DNA from: Octopus sinensis
Taxonomy: Eukaryota
DNA length: 64,000 nt
Assembly (NCBI RefSeq): GCF_006345805.1
Contig: NC_043013.1
Location: 20,522,001 to 20,586,000, forward strand
Direction: 5' to 3'
The translations under genes were made by a program, and so were the position numbers. Below, one piece after another: positions 51,454 to 64,000 of the stretch. Numbering within the stretch: position 1 is the first letter of the stretch; each line of letters starts with the position of its first letter. Below the pieces are notes generated by a model, which was given only the letters and a program-made list of their open reading frames with translations, made no database searches and had not been told where the DNA came from.

Positions 51454-52294
51454 TATATATGCAGAAATACATAGATACCATACTGTGAGGTCGAAGGTAT
51501 GACCAAGAATAAAGAGTGTTCGATAGAAAATCAAGCGATTCCAGTTTCGATTCAAGGTATGGTATATCTATCAGCTGTCCTGTATCGCGTAACCTAGAAT
51601 CGTCCAAAACACTTAGCGAACGAAAATGGACTGTACCTGATTTTCAAATTTTTGTAATGTCATGTGTAAGTAACATTGCTTTGGCTGTAGACGTCAAGCG
51701 TATTTTCAGAATACTCAGCCACTTACATGTAAGCTTATCGACCGCGTAGTTCAATTCATTGACTAGTCATCGTCAAAACTGATGGATCCATCCATCCATC
51801 CATCCATCCATCCATCCATCCATCCGATCTTCTGTATCTATAGAAGTCTGTCGTGCATCGCTCTTTGTATCATGTACATGAAGTGATGATGGTGACAGTG
51901 ATAGTGGTGGTGGTGGTGGTGGTGATGTTGGTGGTGGTGTTGTTGATGGTGGTGATGGTGGTGGTGATACTGGTGGTGGTGATGGTGGCTTCGGTTGTGG
52001 TGTTGGTGATGGTCTGCTGTGATGATAGAAATGAAAGGAAATACACATATTTAGGCTTGTTTCTAAACAGATATTTTGTGGGTATAAAAAGCTTGTAGAG
52101 CTGGGGGACACCTCTTATAATGTCAATTGGCGTCGTGTCACTACGGTATTCTGGTCTACAACTCATCTGTCTCAGAGGATACGCACTGGACAGTAAATTA
52201 TTTCCAGAAAGCTTCTGTCTTGAAATATAGGACGCGTTTAGCATGTTTATCATCAGACTACTTCCGGTCATGAATTTGGAAATAATTGCACAAC

Positions 52295-52476
52295 ACATAC
52301 ATACACACATACATACATACATACATACATACATACATACATACATACATACATACATACATACGTGTATATCTAAATGTATGCATACAAATACACTCAC
52401 AAACATATCTACACAAGCGTATGCATATTCCTGCAAAAATTATACGTACATATATATTCATACACAGACACACACA

Positions 52477-52525
<49 letters not shown>

Positions 52526-52832
52526 GGAGAGAAAGAAGAACTAGAATGGGAGTTTAAGTAACGAGCGAGAATACGCGATTACGCTTCATGTAGTAAGTAC
52601 TTATGAAAATAATAATAACAATAGAAGTAATAACAGAGAAAAGATGGCGGATATGAAGAAAACTAATTCATATAATGACGTCATTGATAATATGCACGAG
52701 AACGATTATATGACTGATAAATGATATTACACACGTTAATATTAATCAAATATATATGTATATAATATATATATACATATGTATGTATATATGCATATAT
52801 ATATATATTTATGTATATATATATGCATACAC

Positions 52833-52887
<55 letters not shown>

Positions 52888-52921
52888 TATATGCATATAT
52901 ATATATGTATATATATATATA

Positions 52922-53011
<90 letters not shown>

Positions 53012-53349
53012 CATATATGTATCTTCACATAGGCATATACAGTCATACATGCCGGCAAAGAGAAAAACATACACATACACGTTTACACACTCACACACAC
53101 ACCCGCACGGACGTACGCACGCACGCAAACCTATACATATCTGTAATAAATATATATGTATATTTATAGCTATATATATGTGCGTACATGCGTATGTGTG
53201 CATATTATTTACCAACCAGTTGACTAATTCGTAATTCGTATATGCATTGAGGTTCAGCGAGTGGGGCAGTTGTTTACAGTGATTTGAGAGACATTCGCTA
53301 TCAGTGGCAGCAAGTCAGGCGACAGAAATAGGAAAGAAATAATGTACGG

Positions 53350-53387
<38 letters not shown>

Positions 53388-53426
53388 ATATATGTATATA
53401 TAATATATATATAATATATATATATA

Positions 53427-53457
<31 letters not shown>

Positions 53458-53460
53458 TTA

Positions 53461-53493
<33 letters not shown>

Positions 53494-53760
53494 ATATATA
53501 TATTTATGTTTCTATATATATATGTGTATATATATATATAATATATATGTATATTATATATATATATATGTATGTATATATATATATATTTGTATATATA
53601 TAATATATGTATGTATATATATATATATTTGTATATAGTATGCATGTATATGACATATCTATACACACACACGCACACACACATATACATATACATCTGT
53701 ATATGCATATATATGTACATATATATATATATATACATTTATGCGTGTGCGTGTTTGGGT
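52295..53760. repeat. Cluster of (CATA)n, (CA)n and long degenerate (TA)n microsatellites
   Basis: Direct reading. Confidence 0.9.
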
Positions 53761-54125
53761 GCATTTTTGTATGTACGTATGTATGTATTTATCTATGTAT
53801 ATCCTATAAATTGACTGTCAACTAAGTCTGGAGTCCATTTATGCAGAGTTGGGTTAATTATTTCATATTGCTATCAACGCATCAATGGTTTCCATCTAAA
53901 AATGAGACAAGATACACATTAGACAGAATCCATATATATAATGGTGGCTGTGGTGACGGCGACGGCGACGGCAGTGGCCACGGCGATGTTGTCGATTGTG
54001 GTGGCAGAGGTGTTAGTGGGAGTGATGGTGTTGGTTGCGGCGATGATGGGAGAATGTTTGTAAAACACTTATTAGGAATGTTATAATTCAGTTAGAGGTT
54101 TATGTTTAATGGGATAGTAATAATA

Positions 54126-54205
<80 letters not shown>

Positions 54206-54208
<3 letters not shown>

Positions 54209-54530
54209 TGTTGAGAAGGATTCTTTGGGGTTTGAATAATTCACATCTGGAAACATGGGTGTTTCGTTCAACGTCCTTAAACAACCCTTATTCAGGGACC
54301 TTTTGAGCGGGATGGGTTACTCGATCTGAAGAAAATTCTAACTGGGCTCCACCTGCAAGGTCATGTGCTGTTTATCTTGATATGAGATCACCATGTCGCG
54401 CACATATGGTTGTGATGCATGTGCCTGGTGTACTGTTATCAGACGGGTAGTCATGATGGGTATACTGGGCTTCGTATATTTTACCCCAGTGTCACTTTGA
54501 TGGCATGCTCTGCTCGCTCACTCAATAATA
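54206..54530 (+). mobile_element. 5'-truncated LINE-type 3' tail inserted in (TAA)n
   Basis: Near-identical to 54902-55160; ends CTCACTC-AATAATAAT; a very short copy of the same end is at ~56855-56885. Confidence 0.7.
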
Positions 54531-54562
54531 ATAATAATGATAATAGTAGTAGTAGTAGTAGT

Positions 54563-54641
<79 letters not shown>

Positions 54642-54659
54642 ATAATAATTATTATTATT

Positions 54660-55195
54660 AAAAATATCCTGATGCGGTACAAGGTAGTGGTTCTCATGGC
54701 TTCTGATCTTAACTGATTGGAAGTTTTATCATGTACATGGTTTTGTCTTAATGTCAAAGATGGGCTACAGCAAATATTCTGCTCAATACCACAGATTTGC
54801 TTGTCAGTTGCTTGACCTTAACCAGTTGAGCATGTCCCTTAGTGGCTGACGATATGTGCATCTCTGATCACGAGCAGAAGTAGTGGGGAAGCATCATAGC
54901 CATGTGTTGAGAGGGATTCTTTGGGGTTTGAATAATTCACCTCTGGAAACATGGATGTTTCGTTTAACATCATTAAACAACCCTTATTCAGGGACCTTTC
55001 GAGCGGTATGGGTTACTCAACCAGAATAAAATTCTAACTGAGCCCCACCTGGAAGGTCATGTGCTGTTTATCTTGATATGAGATCATCATGTCTTGCTTA
55101 TGTGGTTGTGGTGTATGTGTCTTGTGTACCCTTATCAGACAGGTAGTCATGATGGGTATATTTGTACCTCAGCGCCACTGTGATCGTCTTGTACT
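54660..55195 (+). mobile_element. Longer copy of the same LINE-type 3' tail
   Basis: Contains ATGTGTTGAGAGGGATTCTTTGGGGTTTGAATAATTCAC... matching 54206 onward, plus ~240 bp of extra 5' sequence. Confidence 0.65.
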
Positions 55196-56880
55196 TTCAA
55201 TTGACAATTACAGACGAAATATTTTAGAGATACTTTTCTGTTTTATTTCATAGATTTACTTTGTTTTACGAAATATTTGCATTCCACTTGCGCATTATTT
55301 ATTGCAGACTCGTGTGTTTGTATGTGTTTATGTGTAAGCTCAAACTAATTCCAACGAAGCACTAACGTAAACTATTGTAACCTGTTGAAATGAGGCTTTC
55401 TTATTAATGAGAAGCGATTGAAGTTGGAGTATGTAAAATTTTACAAGCGACACAGCAATTTTCAAAGAAGCGATTTTGGGAGGCTGTCTCGGCAAGACCA
55501 TATTCTTGCATTTTATAATAGCACATACTTTGAATACTCCATTGTTTGGGTTAGCTCATTTGTTGTAGAATTTTTCACTAGTCGTAGTAATGAATTTCCA
55601 ATCCAAAACATTCATGGCTCAAGTTCGTACAGGTTTTATACAAAATTCAGCGAACTATTTGTATTCAAAAACAGGCAGTAGTTTTAGTGAAATATATTTG
55701 TGTTACACTCAGGAAACTGACCTTCCTGACACAAATTTATACACACAGACGGATACGCACTCTAAAAAGAATTTCGCTACACCACACACACGCACGCACA
55801 CATACTGAGAATTCCATGCCAGTGAGGCCGTTCTTCTTCTCACTCGGAACTTCTTGGTGCTATTCCTGTACATTTAGTTCCTTTCCTTGTCAATCCGTGT
55901 CATTTTCCGCAAAGACAAATACAGGAAGTTTATGCTGCAACTGCGCAGAGAATAGAAACTGTTACCACTTGATTTCAAATGATGATAGATCCCAGAGTCC
56001 ACGCATTCCAAGTAACCATCTTCTGTCCTGTTGCCTTGTTCAAATGTAACTCACCACTAATACTTAGCATATTTAATGGAAAAATAACTTGATGCAGGCT
56101 ATTGAATAAGCTGCCACATTCTAGCAAGCTGACCTAAGCTAAGTACATAATAATAGGAAAAGGTGACAATAACGAGCATATAACATCGAATATCGAACTA
56201 TTTAATCCTTTCCTATTATTTGGCACCAGATTGAGGTTGGAAATGTCTCCGCTAATATTGACATATGTACCTAAAAATCAAACAATCGATATTCTATTCA
56301 AAGTGTTTTCACTGTGTGCGTTCTTCGCTCTGCTGGTCATTATCATATTGAATAATACCTTATTTAGGATTCTCTGATTGAGTTATTCGAAAGTTTAGTG
56401 AGGGTTCACAAAGTAGTTTACCTAATTTAATGGCTTCTTTCAAATGCCTGTAGTTGCACAGCACATCTGATGGTCGGCTTTGATTTTACAAAATCGATGT
56501 CGATTATTTTAGTTTCGTCTGCGGCGTAAAATGAATAGCCATCGAGATATTTATTTTATAGAGTCGAGCATAAAAGATCCTAAACTGCGTTTAAAAGAAA
56601 TGTGGACATTGACAATAAACTCATTCAATTATTGGTAGCGTGAGTGAAGATGGAATTGAATGAAGGCGAATGTGGCGTCATTTTAGGCTGCATTTCAGAA
56701 CAGAAATCTTCAGGTATTACTTAGAATCTAGATATCAAAAAGCTATTAGTTTCTTATATTTAAGTGAAGTTTGGTATTGTTGATTTGAGAAACACAAACG
56801 TTTAAAGAACGGAAACTGCCAATTTTTTTTATCATTTTAGGCACACGCAACTGTAATTGATGGCATGCTTTTCTCTCTCA

Positions 56881-56884
<4 letters not shown>

Positions 56885-56912
<28 letters not shown>

Positions 56913-57359
56913 GAAGAAGAAGAAGAAGAAGAAGAATTCTTTGTACTATAGGCACAAGGCCTGAAATTAGGGGGCTAGTCGATTACACCGACCTCACTGC
57001 GTAACTGGTACTAATTTTATCGACCCCGAAAGGATGAAGGCAAACTTTACCTCGGAGGAATTTGAACTCAGGACGTCTCGACGAGCAAAATACCGTTAAA
57101 CATTTTGTTCAGTGAGTTAACGATTCTGCTAGCTCGCCGCCTTAAATAACAACAGCAACAATAATCTTTTATACGGGAGGCACAAGGGCACCCATTTTGG
57201 AGGAGCAGGGGAGTAATCGATTACATCGACCACACTGTTTCACAGGTACTTAATTAATCGACCCCGAAAGGATAAAAAGGCCAAGTCAACCTCGGGGGAA
57301 ATACCTATTTCGTTAAGCAATTCACCCGGCGTGCTAACGTTTCTGCCAGCTCGCCGCCT

Positions 57360-57405
<46 letters not shown>

Positions 57406-58047
57406 CGTCGACGACGACAGCAACAGCAGCAGCAGCAACAGCAACAACAACAACAACAACAGCAACAACAGCAACAACAGCAGCAGCAACAACAACAACA
57501 GCAACAACAGCAACAACAGCAACAACAAACAACAACAACAACAATAATAATAATAACAATAATAATAATAACAATAATAATAATAATAATAATAATAATA
57601 AGAAGAAGAAGAAGAAGAAGAAGAATTCTTTGTACTATAGGCACAAGGCCTGAAATTAGGGGGCTAGTCGATTACACCGACCTCACTGCGTAACTGGTAC
57701 TAATTTTATCGACCCCGAAAGGATGAAGGCAAACTTTACCTCGGAGGAATTTGAACTCAGGACGTCTCGACGAGCAAAATACCGTTAAACATTTTGTTCA
57801 GTGAGTTAACGATTCTGCTAGCTCGCCGCCTTAAATAACAACAGCAACAATAATCTTTTATACGGGAGGCACAAGGGCACCCATTTTGGAGGAGCAGGGG
57901 AGTAATCGATTACATCGACCACACTGTTTCACAGGTACTTAATTAATCGACCCCGAAGGATAAAAAGGCCAAGTCAACCTCGGGGGAAATACCTATTTCG
58001 TTAAGCAATTCACCCGGCGTGCTAACGTTTCTGCCAGCTCGCCGCCT

Positions 58048-58079
<32 letters not shown>

Positions 58080-58244
58080 GTCGACGACGACAGCAACAGC
58101 AGCAGCAGCAACAGCAACAACAACAACAACAACAGCAACAACAGCAACAACAGCAGCAGCAACAACAACAACAGCAACAACAGCAACAACAGCAACAACA
58201 ATAACAACAACAACAATAATAATAATAACAATAATAATAATAAC

Positions 58245-58284
<40 letters not shown>

Positions 58285-58285
58285 T
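56885..58285. repeat. 689-bp-period tandem duplication containing two minus-strand family B SINEs and a compound CAA/CAG/TAA/GAA microsatellite per unit
   Basis: AATTCTTTGTACTATAGGCAC at 56935 and 57624; non-microsatellite parts essentially identical. Confidence 0.93.
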
Positions 58286-59630
58286 TAATGGAGAAAACAT
58301 ACGCCTTTATGGAGCAGAACGATATTTTTCCCTCTGAACAAAAACGGTGCTGACCCTGCTCATATGGATACAAAGATCAACAGAAATCTCAGTTCCCAAT
58401 GGATTGACTATAAAAAGTTCTTTGGCAGCATACCGCATTCAGGTATCTTGAAATCACTGGATATCTTCAAAATTCCTCCTGTGATTTCAAACTTCCTGAA
58501 GCACATGTTAGTGTGGAATACGAATATCGAATTATATTATTCTAATGGAGTACTTACTACAAGCAATATTAATATCAACTGCGGCATTTTCCAAGATGAC
58601 TCAATTTCACCATGAATTTTTTGCATAGCCCTAATACCCCTTACAAGTGAACTTAACAGAACAGGATAGGGTTGTAAAATTGACGACAAGAAAATAAGCC
58701 ATCTATTTTACATGGATGAACTAAAAACCTACGGCAAAGGCGATAATAAGCTTGAAGGACTATTACGTGCTGTGAAAGTATTCAGTGATGGCATCGAGGT
58801 GGGATTTGCTCTTGATAAATGTGCCAAAGCGATTTTCCAGAAAGGGAAATTAAAGACCTCTCATTCAGTGGTGTTAGATGTTGACACAGTTATAAAAAAA
58901 CTTGAGCAAGAATAAACTTACAAGTATCTCTGAATAAAATAGGTCTCTGGCATTCAGCATCCAATCAGGAAAGGGAAGATGAGGAAAGAATGTTACAGGA
59001 GAGTTCCAGCAGTCCTAAAATCTGAGTTAAATGCACATAACAAGGTGTCATAAATTCCTTAGCGGGTCCAGTTATTATTTACAGTTTTAATGTGTTGAAC
59101 TTGAATATCAGCAAAATAAGGAAGTCTAACAGGAAAATCCATGAGCTGCTGACTTGTCATAAGATGCACCACCCAAAGGCAGACGCAGATTGTCGTTACC
59201 TTCTCAGAGCCCAAGGAGGTCGATCGAGGATTGATCCAATTTGAAATTTCTTACAAAACCACCACAATTGGAATGACCAAATATATTGAAATATCTAACG
59301 ATTGAATGTTAAAACATGTTGAAAACCATGAGAGACGTAAGAAGCTTCTTTCTGTTATGATAGAGAGCAAAAGAATTGTTAATGAGTTCCTTGCTAATGA
59401 GGTTGAAGAATGCGATGGAAATGCGACAACTGCTGTTGCAAAGAAGGTGAAATCAATGGCAAAGGTGGGAAGAAAAACCTCTGCATGGCAAATATGTGGC
59501 CCGTAGTAAGCCAGCTGATATAGGCCAGAAGCACACCCATCAATAGCTACGGAGCTCGAGGCTAAAAGCAGAGACTGAAGGCTTTATCCTAGTTGCTCAA
59601 GATCAGAGGTTATTAACCCGAAACGACCTG
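58286..59630 (+). mobile_element. R4/Dong-like LINE reverse-transcriptase region, disrupted
   Basis: 'WIDYKKFFGSIPHSGI', 'CGIFQDDSISP', 'ISHLFYMDELKTY', 'FALDKCAK', 'MHHPKADAD..YLLRAQGG', 'LKAETEGFILVAQDQ'; begins at (TAA)n. Confidence 0.9.
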
Positions 59631-59694
59631 AAACTCGCCCTTCGATATTGTGCTCAATGTCTTAGAACCTTCTGGCCAATAAAAGAAATAATAA

Positions 59695-59832
59695 TAATCC
59701 TTTCTACTGCAAGTACAAGGCTTCAAATTTGAGGGAAAGAATTAAGTCGATTACATCGACCTCGGCAGAATTCGAACTCATAACGTTGCAGCAGACGTTC
59801 ACCCGGCGAGCTAACGCTTCTGCCAGCTCACC
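59695..59832 (-). mobile_element. SINE family B with internal deletion
   Basis: AGTCGATTACATCGAC|CTCGGCAGAATTCGAACTC...CTGCCAGCTCACC. Confidence 0.7.
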
Positions 59833-59999
59833 ACATATTTTAATAATGATAAAAATAATAATGACAATAATAATAATAAGGACGATGATAATGTTGAATT
59901 GTCAGTTAAGCAGAACACTATATATGTGGAGGTGGTGGTTAGAATAATGAATATTATCAGCTCCAAATCATGATTCCCTTTGTGATAGAAGTTTGAAAG

Positions 60000-60541
60000 A
60001 TAAAGAGGAGCATTGTGAAGGTAGAAGAAAAAAGGAAGGAGAAAAAAGAGGAAAAGAAGCCGTAGAAAAAGGAAAATCAATAAGGACAAGAAGACAAGGA
60101 AACCAAGAGGTAAAAGGTAAAGCATAAAAATGGAGGAGGAGGACGAGGAGGGAAGAAGGAGGACGACAAAAGAAAGAAGAGGAGGGGTGAAGAGGACGGA
60201 TTTTAAGAGGAAGGGATGAAGAGAAACGGACGATGTAGAAGATGATGAAGTGGAGTGGTTGAAGAGGAAGGGATGCAGAGGAGGGGATGATATAGAGGAG
60301 ATGAAGTGGGGGAGATGAAGGGGAGGAGATGAGGTGGAGGAGATGAAAGGGAGGAGATGAAGAGGAAGGGATGAAGGAGAGAGGGAGAAGAGGAGGGAGG
60401 AGGAACATAAAATGAAGGAAAGAAGGAGGAGGAGGAGGAGGAGGAGGAGGAGGCAGACTAAGGCAAGGAGGGGAGGAAAAGATGAAGAAAAAGAAGAATA
60501 AAGGGAAATAAGAGAAGAAGAAGAAGAAGAAGAAGAAGAAG

Positions 60542-60589
<48 letters not shown>

Positions 60590-60745
60590 TAGTAGTAGTA
60601 GAATAAGAATAAGAAGAAGAAGAAGAAGGAGGAGAAGAAGAAGGAAGAGGAGGAGGAGAAGAAGAAGAAGAAGGATGGCAAGGGGTGGTGGAGGAGAAAA
60701 GGAGGAGGTGGAGAGAGAAGAGGAGGTGGAAAAAGAAGAGGGAAA
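60000..60745. repeat. Polypurine low-complexity tract with (GAG)n, (GAA)n, (GCA)n, (GTA)n
   Basis: Strongly A/G-biased plus strand over ~750 bp. Confidence 0.9.
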
Positions 60746-61091
60746 CTTTTATACGGATATTCCCATGCAGTTCCGGATATAATATTAAATGTAAGACGAA
60801 GAAAAAATATTTCAACGAAACCTGTCTTAATTTACATGGTGGAATTTTTGACTGGATGGCAAAAATGCTTTAATCATTGATGACAATAGTTATGGGTGGT
60901 TGCTAGGTAACTGCGTACAAAAATCGATAAATACTTAAACAGATGCATTCGATTGCACTTATTCATTCTCATACCTGAACGGCATAAAGTTGCGGAAAAA
61001 TTAATTAAATTCTAAATTATTGAAGAATCACACACAATACATTGTGTTCTACCTGTGTATATCAGAGGAAAATCAGAAAGCGTAAACAAAT

Positions 61092-61092
61092 G

Positions 61093-61166
<74 letters not shown>

Positions 61167-61180
61167 GTCTGTCTATCTAT
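61092..61180. repeat. (CTAT)n microsatellite
   Basis: Direct reading. Confidence 0.95.
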
Positions 61181-61256
61181 CATTTTAATATCTGCATATT
61201 TCTCTCATTACTACGTCTGTCTGTCTGAATGCCTGTCTGTCTGCCTCTGTGTGTGG

Positions 61257-61289
<33 letters not shown>

Positions 61290-62002
61290 ATATATATATA
61301 TGCCTAAGCGAAATACACACACACGCACACACACAACACACACACATATATATAATATATATAATTATATATAATATTATATATATTATTATTATACATA
61401 TATATATGCCTAAGCGAAATACATACACACACACACACACCATATATAATATATATATATATATATAATGTATGTATGTATATGATTCATATATATGAAA
61501 AATGAGATGACAAAAGGAAAAACGGTTACGAACATACGCGCTCGGGCGTGTATGTGCGCAAGCGTGTGTGTGTGTGTGTGCGAGCGAGCGTGTGTGTGCG
61601 TGTGTGTGTGTGCAAAAAGAAAGAACCCATGCAAAACTCTAAAGAGTCTATCATTTCATTGATGACAAGATCGTTTCTGAGAAAGTCGGTCATTACTTAT
61701 TCGACTGTTTTCTCTCTATCCCTGTCTCTCTCCTTTATATCCTTCGCCCCCCCTCCTTTTCGTCCTTCATCTCTTTTTCTATCTTTCTCTGTCTCTCTCT
61801 CCCTCTTCCCTATCTCTCTCTATCGCTATCTCTCCCTCTCTCCCTCCTCCTCCTCCTTTTCTCTCTGTTCGTGTTGTATGTATGTATGTGTTTGTGTGTG
61901 CGTCATTTCATATTATCATTCTCGTCTTCCCTCAGGAAATAGAAAACTATTAACCCCCTTTTAGACTCTCTCGTTGGCTCTTTTACATTGAAGCAATCTA
62001 AT

Positions 62003-62973
62003 ATGCTGAAAATTCATAGGCGGACTATGAAGGAATGATTCTAGAGCTGGGAAAATCTTGCAGGCATTAATATCAGCCCTTCTTTTAAATAAGTGCCATT
62101 GTATATTTCCAAATAAAATTACATCTGAATGTTCAAGAAAGAATTCAGATGTAACTAGGAGTGACTTCTTTTGGAAAATGACAAAGTTTGGCATCGTGAT
62201 GTTATCAAGTATATGCAGAAAAAAGATTTTAGTCCCCAAGGACAGCTGAATTTAAGTGGACAAGGGAGTCTTGAAGATCACCCCCACATCTGGACGTCCT
62301 GCAACTCCTACCACCGAGGAAAACATGGATCGTGTTCAACACATGGTGATGGATGATAGGCGATTGACTATAAATAAAATAGCATAGTTCGTGAGGCCGT
62401 TTAAAATATTCTGCAACATGAACTTGACATGACGAAGACTTCTGGTCGGTGGTTGCCACATTTTCTGACATCAGATCAGAAGCGAACGAGGCCGATCACA
62501 TCACGAGAAAATGTGAAATTGTGTGAGGCAGATTCAAAGTTTCCTAACTCAGGATGAGTGTTGGGTTCGTCACTCTAAGCCAGAGACAAATAAATAATAC
62601 ATGCAGTGGAAACAATCTTCCTTACCTGCTCCAAAGGTCAAGTTCGTTTCATCTACGGGAAAGTTGATGGTCTCAGGTTTGGAATGCAAAACGGCTACAC
62701 ATTCAATGGTGTATACTATGTCAACTTACTGAGGCAGTTACGAAAGTTTCTCAGGAAAAAATGCCTAGAGAAATACACAAAACGGGTTTTGTTTTCATCA
62801 GGAATTTTTACCAACAGGATGATAGCTTATTCACGAATGGGATCCAAGCATTGCAACACCGATGGAAGAAGTGTGTGGACCAAATGGTGTATTATGTTAA
62901 AAAGTAACTTCGTTTGTCCACACTCTTGGAGAGCATCTTGGTCGGTATACGAACTTTTCAGCTGAACCTCGTA
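62003..62973 (+). mobile_element. Second, older mariner element, internally deleted
   Basis: 'DKVWHRDVIKYMQKK', 'SGRPATPTTEENMDRVQHMVMDDRRLTINKIA', 'RWLPHFLTSDQK', 'LTQDECWV', 'YYVNLLRQLRK'; right end GAACTTTTCAGCTGAACCTCG|TA; left remnant GCTGAAAATTCATAGG. Confidence 0.82.
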
Positions 62974-64000
62974 GTTGGTGTCACAGTGTTAGTTGCTGTG
63001 TGTTTCGGCAGGTGGCGGCCATAGCTGAGATAAACGTCCTGCAGACAAATGTCTTCCACAAGATTAACATAAGTTCTTGTTCTTTGGCTTAGTATCATCT
63101 CAGAATTCACCTTGCCTTTCGTCTCGTACGGAGTTCACTGCTGGTATGTTAGTATGAAATGAAGTTCCATCATTCATACTCACCCCATTGATTCTAACTC
63201 TGCGATTACGATCTCCACGAGGTTTTCCTCACCTAGTGGCCGACCATAGGGGATTTACCGTATTTTTGCCTTTATTGCATCTAGATCCAGCCGTAAATTT
63301 GACATCATCAAGATTCTGAGAATCTGGAACACTTTGGTGTCATCAACTCAACATGTGACATCGTGTTTATCAGATCCATCAAAACACAGTAATCACTTAA
63401 AAGTCCTTCGCCTGTCAGCCGTAACACTACCTGTATGAGCTTGAGTACTCACAACCTCATATCTCCTTTCTATTTACCTTGCCGCTCACCTAAATCCCCG
63501 TACCGCTTCTTCACTTTATTCTTCTCTTTTCTCCATACTCTCTTTCTCTCTCACTTCACATTCTCTTTCTTTCCTTAACCTTTTATGCTGATCTATAGGA
63601 GTGCCTGCGTCTATTTTAGGATTCGTGTTTTGATGTAGATATTAGTAATCTCACGTTCCCAGAGCTTCCATTGTTCCTTGCCATGGATCATCATTGAGCA
63701 TTCTCATTTCAAACTGCAAATGGATTCGACCTATAACTCTATTATTTATCCGATCGGAATACTACATAACTCATACCTATTTTACTCTGATTTTCCCCTA
63801 ATTTCACAAATTGGAATATACTATCATCGATTGGTGATATACTCTCATTTTACATCTCTCTTACTCAGATAGAATCCTTTCTCAATATGATGCTGCATAT
63901 GTCTGGCTATTCTAGAAACAGCTGTAAGAGACTGTGTATGTTTATATTATTTAGTCTAAATTAGATATTTCTTTTACTTTAATCTATGTGTGTGTATATA

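Noticed and set aside
55800-56050. 'MVTWNAWTL' on minus, resembling an APE endonuclease start
   Set aside because: Single short motif with no supporting downstream similarity.
57331-57693. Poly-glutamine ORF
   Set aside because: Starts inside an antisense SINE and reads a CAA/CAG microsatellite; no splice or coding context.
59811-60815. 334-aa Ser/Pro/Leu-rich ORF
   Set aside because: Reverse strand of a polypurine low-complexity tract.

Overview
AT-rich, repeat-saturated eukaryotic DNA with no recognisable host exon, so probably intronic or intergenic. The SINE families and microsatellite load point to an octopus genome (inference). Nearly all ORFs in the track are microsatellite or SINE artefacts; the only real protein similarity is to decayed transposon proteins: a Tc1 element with long IR/DR ends, two mariners, R4/Dong-, HERO- and Tx1-like LINE pieces, and Penelope-like pieces. 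The window also holds a non-autonomous Helitron and more than 25 tRNA-derived SINE copies. The main hidden structure is RNA-level: a 3.3-kb tandem-plus-inverted array (14648-17961) carrying eight canonical type I hammerhead ribozymes (7 on minus, 1 on plus), spaced alternately about 536 and about 245 nt, i.e. a retrozyme-like locus. At least three further unrelated hammerhead-bearing repeat families are scattered through the window. All calls come from reading the sequence by eye; boundaries of decayed elements are approximate.
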